Under the pieces are notes generated by a model that had not been told where the DNA came from, searched no databases, and saw nothing but the letters and a program-made list of their open reading frames with translations. Of a DNA stretch of 64,000 nt, positions 60,849 through 64,000 are shown in pieces. The position numbers and the translations under genes are program-made. The stretch comes from Mobula hypostoma (lineage: Eukaryota): positions 22,384,001-22,448,000 of the forward strand of contig NC_086118.1 in assembly GCF_963921235.1 (NCBI RefSeq), written 5' to 3'. How positions within the stretch are numbered: position 1 is the first letter of the stretch; each line of letters begins with the position of its first letter.

Positions 60849-61807
60849 TGTAATGCCCTGGTTCATATTTTTTTACTGTTATGCTGTTCTGTATTTCATT
60901 TTGCTCTGTTCTGCGTAAGCTGCTTGTTGGGGATACTGTTGAAGATAAAAGGCATCCGTTAGTCTTGCGAGACCATGGATCTGCGCCTGGAAAGTCTTCA
61001 CTCTCCAGCACGCAGGCCTGGGCAAGGTTGTATGGAAGACCGGCAGTTGCCCATGCCTGGATGACTGGCAGTTGCCCATGCTGCAAGTCTCCCCTCTCCA
61101 CAACACCGATGTTGTCCAAGGGAAGGGCAAGGGCCGATACAGCTTGGCACCGGTGTCGTCGCAGAGCACTGTGTGGTTAAGTGCCTTGCTCAAGGCTCAA
61201 CACGCTGCCTCAGCTGGGGCTCAAATTCACGACCTTCAGATCACTAGTCTAATGCCTTAACCACTTGGTCACATGCCCACACTGTTGAAGATGAGTGATA
61301 GGAGAATTGTGTGCCATCCAATTAGGATGGCCGGATTAAGGGCAGTTTTCTTTGGTGAGGGACACTAAGGTTGGGTTTGGGGCTTTTGTTAAGGAGATGA
61401 AGAGAGAAGGCGCCAGAGAGAAAAGGTCGTAGGATTCGACCCGGAGCAGGCCGTGATTTGATGAAATCCAGGGTGAGACTGAAGAGGGATAGGCAAAGGG
61501 GAAACCGTGAGCTCCAACTTGTGCACATTAGACCTTTTCATTAAAATGGGCCTTTTTCTTTTTTTATTCTTTCTTTACTAATCCTTTAGTCAAATTAAGA
61601 ATCATAAAGCTAAATCTTATAATTGTATGCAGTGCGTTGCCTGTTATTTCATGGCATTTATTTGCAACAGGGTAACGAATCATGCAGCATCCACATAAAT
61701 GGGGGAGGGCGGGTTTGTGGTGGGCTCGCACCTCAATCTCACACATTTGTTGGGGCCGGAGATTGTCTTCCCTAGACTAAATCAGCCGACGGAACAAGAG
61801 TGTTTCA
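60849..61807 (+). mobile_element. Solo LTR with 4-bp TSD, interrupted by a SINE
   Basis: Begins TGTAATG and ends GTTTCA; TGTG at 60845-48 and 61808-11; homologous to the inverted element at ~62897-63613. Confidence 0.75.
60947..61280 (-). mobile_element. CORE-like tRNA SINE (same family as 46763-47077) with 12-bp TSD
   Basis: Reverse-complement homology to 46763-47077; ACTGTTGAAGAT at 60935-60946 and 61281-61292; internal duplication of GGCAGTTGCCCATGC. Confidence 0.88.
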
Positions 61808-61949
61808 TGTGTTTACACTAAATGTATTAAGGTGGTAGTTATATGGATAACCTCTGTTTCCAATTCCCCATAGTTACTGCCAATATGTTAGCAAGGAATG
61901 ATCAGGCTGAGCATTGAAGAGGGTTGCCTGCATATTTTCTCAAGTCATG

Positions 61950-62290
61950 GAGTCATAATCATAGAAACAAGCTTTTTACCTCTGCGAGTCTACATTGACC
62001 ATCAAGCACCCTTTATTTTTACACTGATCGAATCCTTTCCCACATTCCCAACATCCCAAAAACTCCCCTCAGGTTCCACCACTCAATTACACACGAGGGA
62101 CAATTTCCAGTGGCCAATTAACTAACTAAAATACTCATTTTAGGATGTGGGAGGAAACGGGAGCACCCAAAGGAAACCCACTTGGTCACAGGGAGATTGT
62201 GTATATCCTACACAGACAATGCCAGAGATAAGGATTGCTCTGTGGAGATGTGAGGTAAAAACTCCACTAGCTGCACCTCTGTGACATTCT
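61950..62290 (-). mobile_element. Degenerate V-SINE-like element
   Basis: GGACAATTTCCAGTGGCCAATTAAC...GGATGTGGGAGGAAACGGGAGCACCC...GGAAACCCAC. Confidence 0.7.
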
Positions 62291-62896
62291 ATTATGGAGC
62301 TTCCTTTTGTTTTACCTTTCAAGTCCAAGGTCTAAATGTTGCAAGCAGAAAATGTTCCCAGTTGTCCATTTGGACTGACAAAGCTCATCGTACATTAAGC
62401 ACTTTATCAGTTATGTTTTTCCGCCAGAGAGGGAATATGGAACTGCTGCATCAGCACTAACCTTATTAATAGGAATGCTAAACAACACCAATTATTTCTC
62501 TTTTAATTATTCTTGCACTAGTGCATTGCTTCTTTTAAATTATCACAAGTTATTACAAATTAATATTCACAGAACTTCTGTGCATTCTGCACTGAAAAAG
62601 ATTAACCAATCATAATGAATGCTCATTAACTATGACCTCTATATTCCATGTCTCATTATGATCAAAATTGGACTTCAACAAAACAATTTTGATATTTTCT
62701 CCCATGTTTGAGGAGCTTTATCACTCTGAAATGAAACTATTCCAATAATTTTTGCATACTTTAATAACTAATCTCTCTATAATTAAAACAGCTTTTTAAA
62801 TTACCATAAAAGCATCCTTCTATACATTTTAGAAGTCTGTAAAAGTTAAAGCTGGCATTTAGGTCATTTTAAGGTCATTTACTGGGCATCTCTAGT

Positions 62897-63613
62897 GATG
62901 TGGCTTGTTAGCCCCTGGCTAACGGCCCCCAGTCTGAGTGATGAGAAAGACACCTTTCTCAGGCTCCTTACGTTTAGGGTTGATTTGAATTGTGTCCCAC
63001 CAACTTGGGAAGTTGGGATGTCTCGCCCACCCGAACCTTGATCTGTGTAAATACTGATCCCATGCAATTGCAAGAAATAACAGAACATACACTTCATACA
63101 ATTACAGAGAAAGTATATTTATAAATGTTAACTTAACCGAACTGCCACTAAAGAAGAAAGGGGGGAAAAAAAGAAAAGGCCCCATCATAACTAAAACAGT
63201 CAAATGTACACAGGTTGGAGCTCAAATTTTCTAAAAGCTGATATGTCCGATATACTCATGGTGCCATCTCCTATTCACTGATCACCAGGAAGATTTCTCT
63301 TCTTGGACTCCATTGAGTTGCACATTCCCATTGGATCAAATCCAATGGAGGGTTCTCTCGAGCTTCTTCTCTCTCCATCCTCTTCCGAAAAAACTTCGAC
63401 TCACTTCAATGTCAATCACAAAACCTCTCTGCCCAGCGTTCTCGAGAACCTTTTCCCTGGTTGGATGACATGACATTCCTAAGAATAAACAGCCCAACCT
63501 CTTATCTTTGATGGTAACCCAAACTCTTCCAGCAGAACACACTGCTTCTACAGAAAGCCATTAAATGGAATACTCTACAAAATTAGCAGTAAAATCTTAG
63601 TCAGGGCATTACA
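62897..63613 (-). mobile_element. Solo LTR related to 60849-61807, opposite orientation; left boundary approximate
   Basis: Minus strand starts TGTAATGCCCTG like 60849; shares TGAGCTCCAAC.TGTG.ACATT.GAC and TAATTGTATG.AGTG..TGTTATTTC blocks. Confidence 0.65.
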
Positions 63614-63644
63614 CTTATAAATTCTGTATATCATAGATGAGTGC

Positions 63645-64000
63645 TGTCACGTGACTGGCAACAATGAATATAGAATTGAGTCAGTTTTTATAAAAACAAA
63701 CAAACATTTATTAAACTCTGCTCAAAAATAGTGAAATGTATTTAAACGACTAACTTAACTGGAAGTTAACTGCTATACGGCAACTCTGGAACAGTTCTTA
63801 AAAAGGTAAATGCGAAAATAGTTCTTAAAGTGGTAAATTCGAACACAGTCCTTAGAATGGTAAATTCGAAAGTCTGAGAGATTTATACAGTCAATTTGGA
63901 GAGACTTTCCTGAAGTAAAGAAGTCCCCGAAGACGTGACATTACTGCTGATCCCAGCTGGAACCTGTCTTGTCCGCAGGATTCACGACGACGGAAATAAA
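63645..64000 (-). mobile_element. Probable LTR running off the right edge
   Basis: Starts TGTCACG; minus-strand AATAAA near 63706-63711; internal tandem repeat. Confidence 0.45.
63791..63871. repeat. 27-bp tandem repeat x3
   Basis: ACAGTTCTTAAAAAGGTAAATGCGAAA / ATAGTTCTTAAAGTGGTAAATTCGAAC / ACAGTCCTTAGAATGGTAAATTCGAAA. Confidence 0.85.

Noticed and set aside
63791..63871. 27-bp repeats as a CRISPR array
   Set aside because: Contiguous units without spacers, only three copies, eukaryotic context, no cas genes.

Overview
Eukaryotic, repeat-dominated non-coding DNA (intronic or intergenic). The repeat mix (CR1/HER1-like LINEs with (TTCTATG)n tails, HE1/V-SINE-like tRNA SINEs, Penelope-like elements) points to a cartilaginous fish; this is an inference. 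Almost every long ORF is a retroelement remnant or its antisense shadow, and no host gene could be identified with confidence. Contents: several CR1 LINEs, many L2/Rex1-like LINE pieces, one R4/Dong-like RLE retrotransposon, three decayed Ty3/Gypsy elements, solo LTRs, a 2.3-kb Penelope-like element (RT + GIY-YIG) with many short terminal copies, a Tc1 deletion derivative, a PIF/Harbinger-type MITE and two SINE families. Most interesting observations: (1) minimal type I hammerhead ribozyme motifs at the Penelope 3' ends (intact at 45238-45273); (2) a Tf1/sushi-type LTR element whose primer-binding site pairs with its own predicted transcript start (tRNA-free self-priming); (3) a circularly permuted or tandem R4-like element; (4) a local inverted copy of dead R4 sequence sharing stop codons with its donor; (5) recurrent fold-back ends on short Penelope insertions; (6) well-resolved nested insertions. 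Most are new instances of known biology. I found no clearly new multi-gene system. Family assignments come from motif recognition by eye, not database searches, and many boundaries are approximate.
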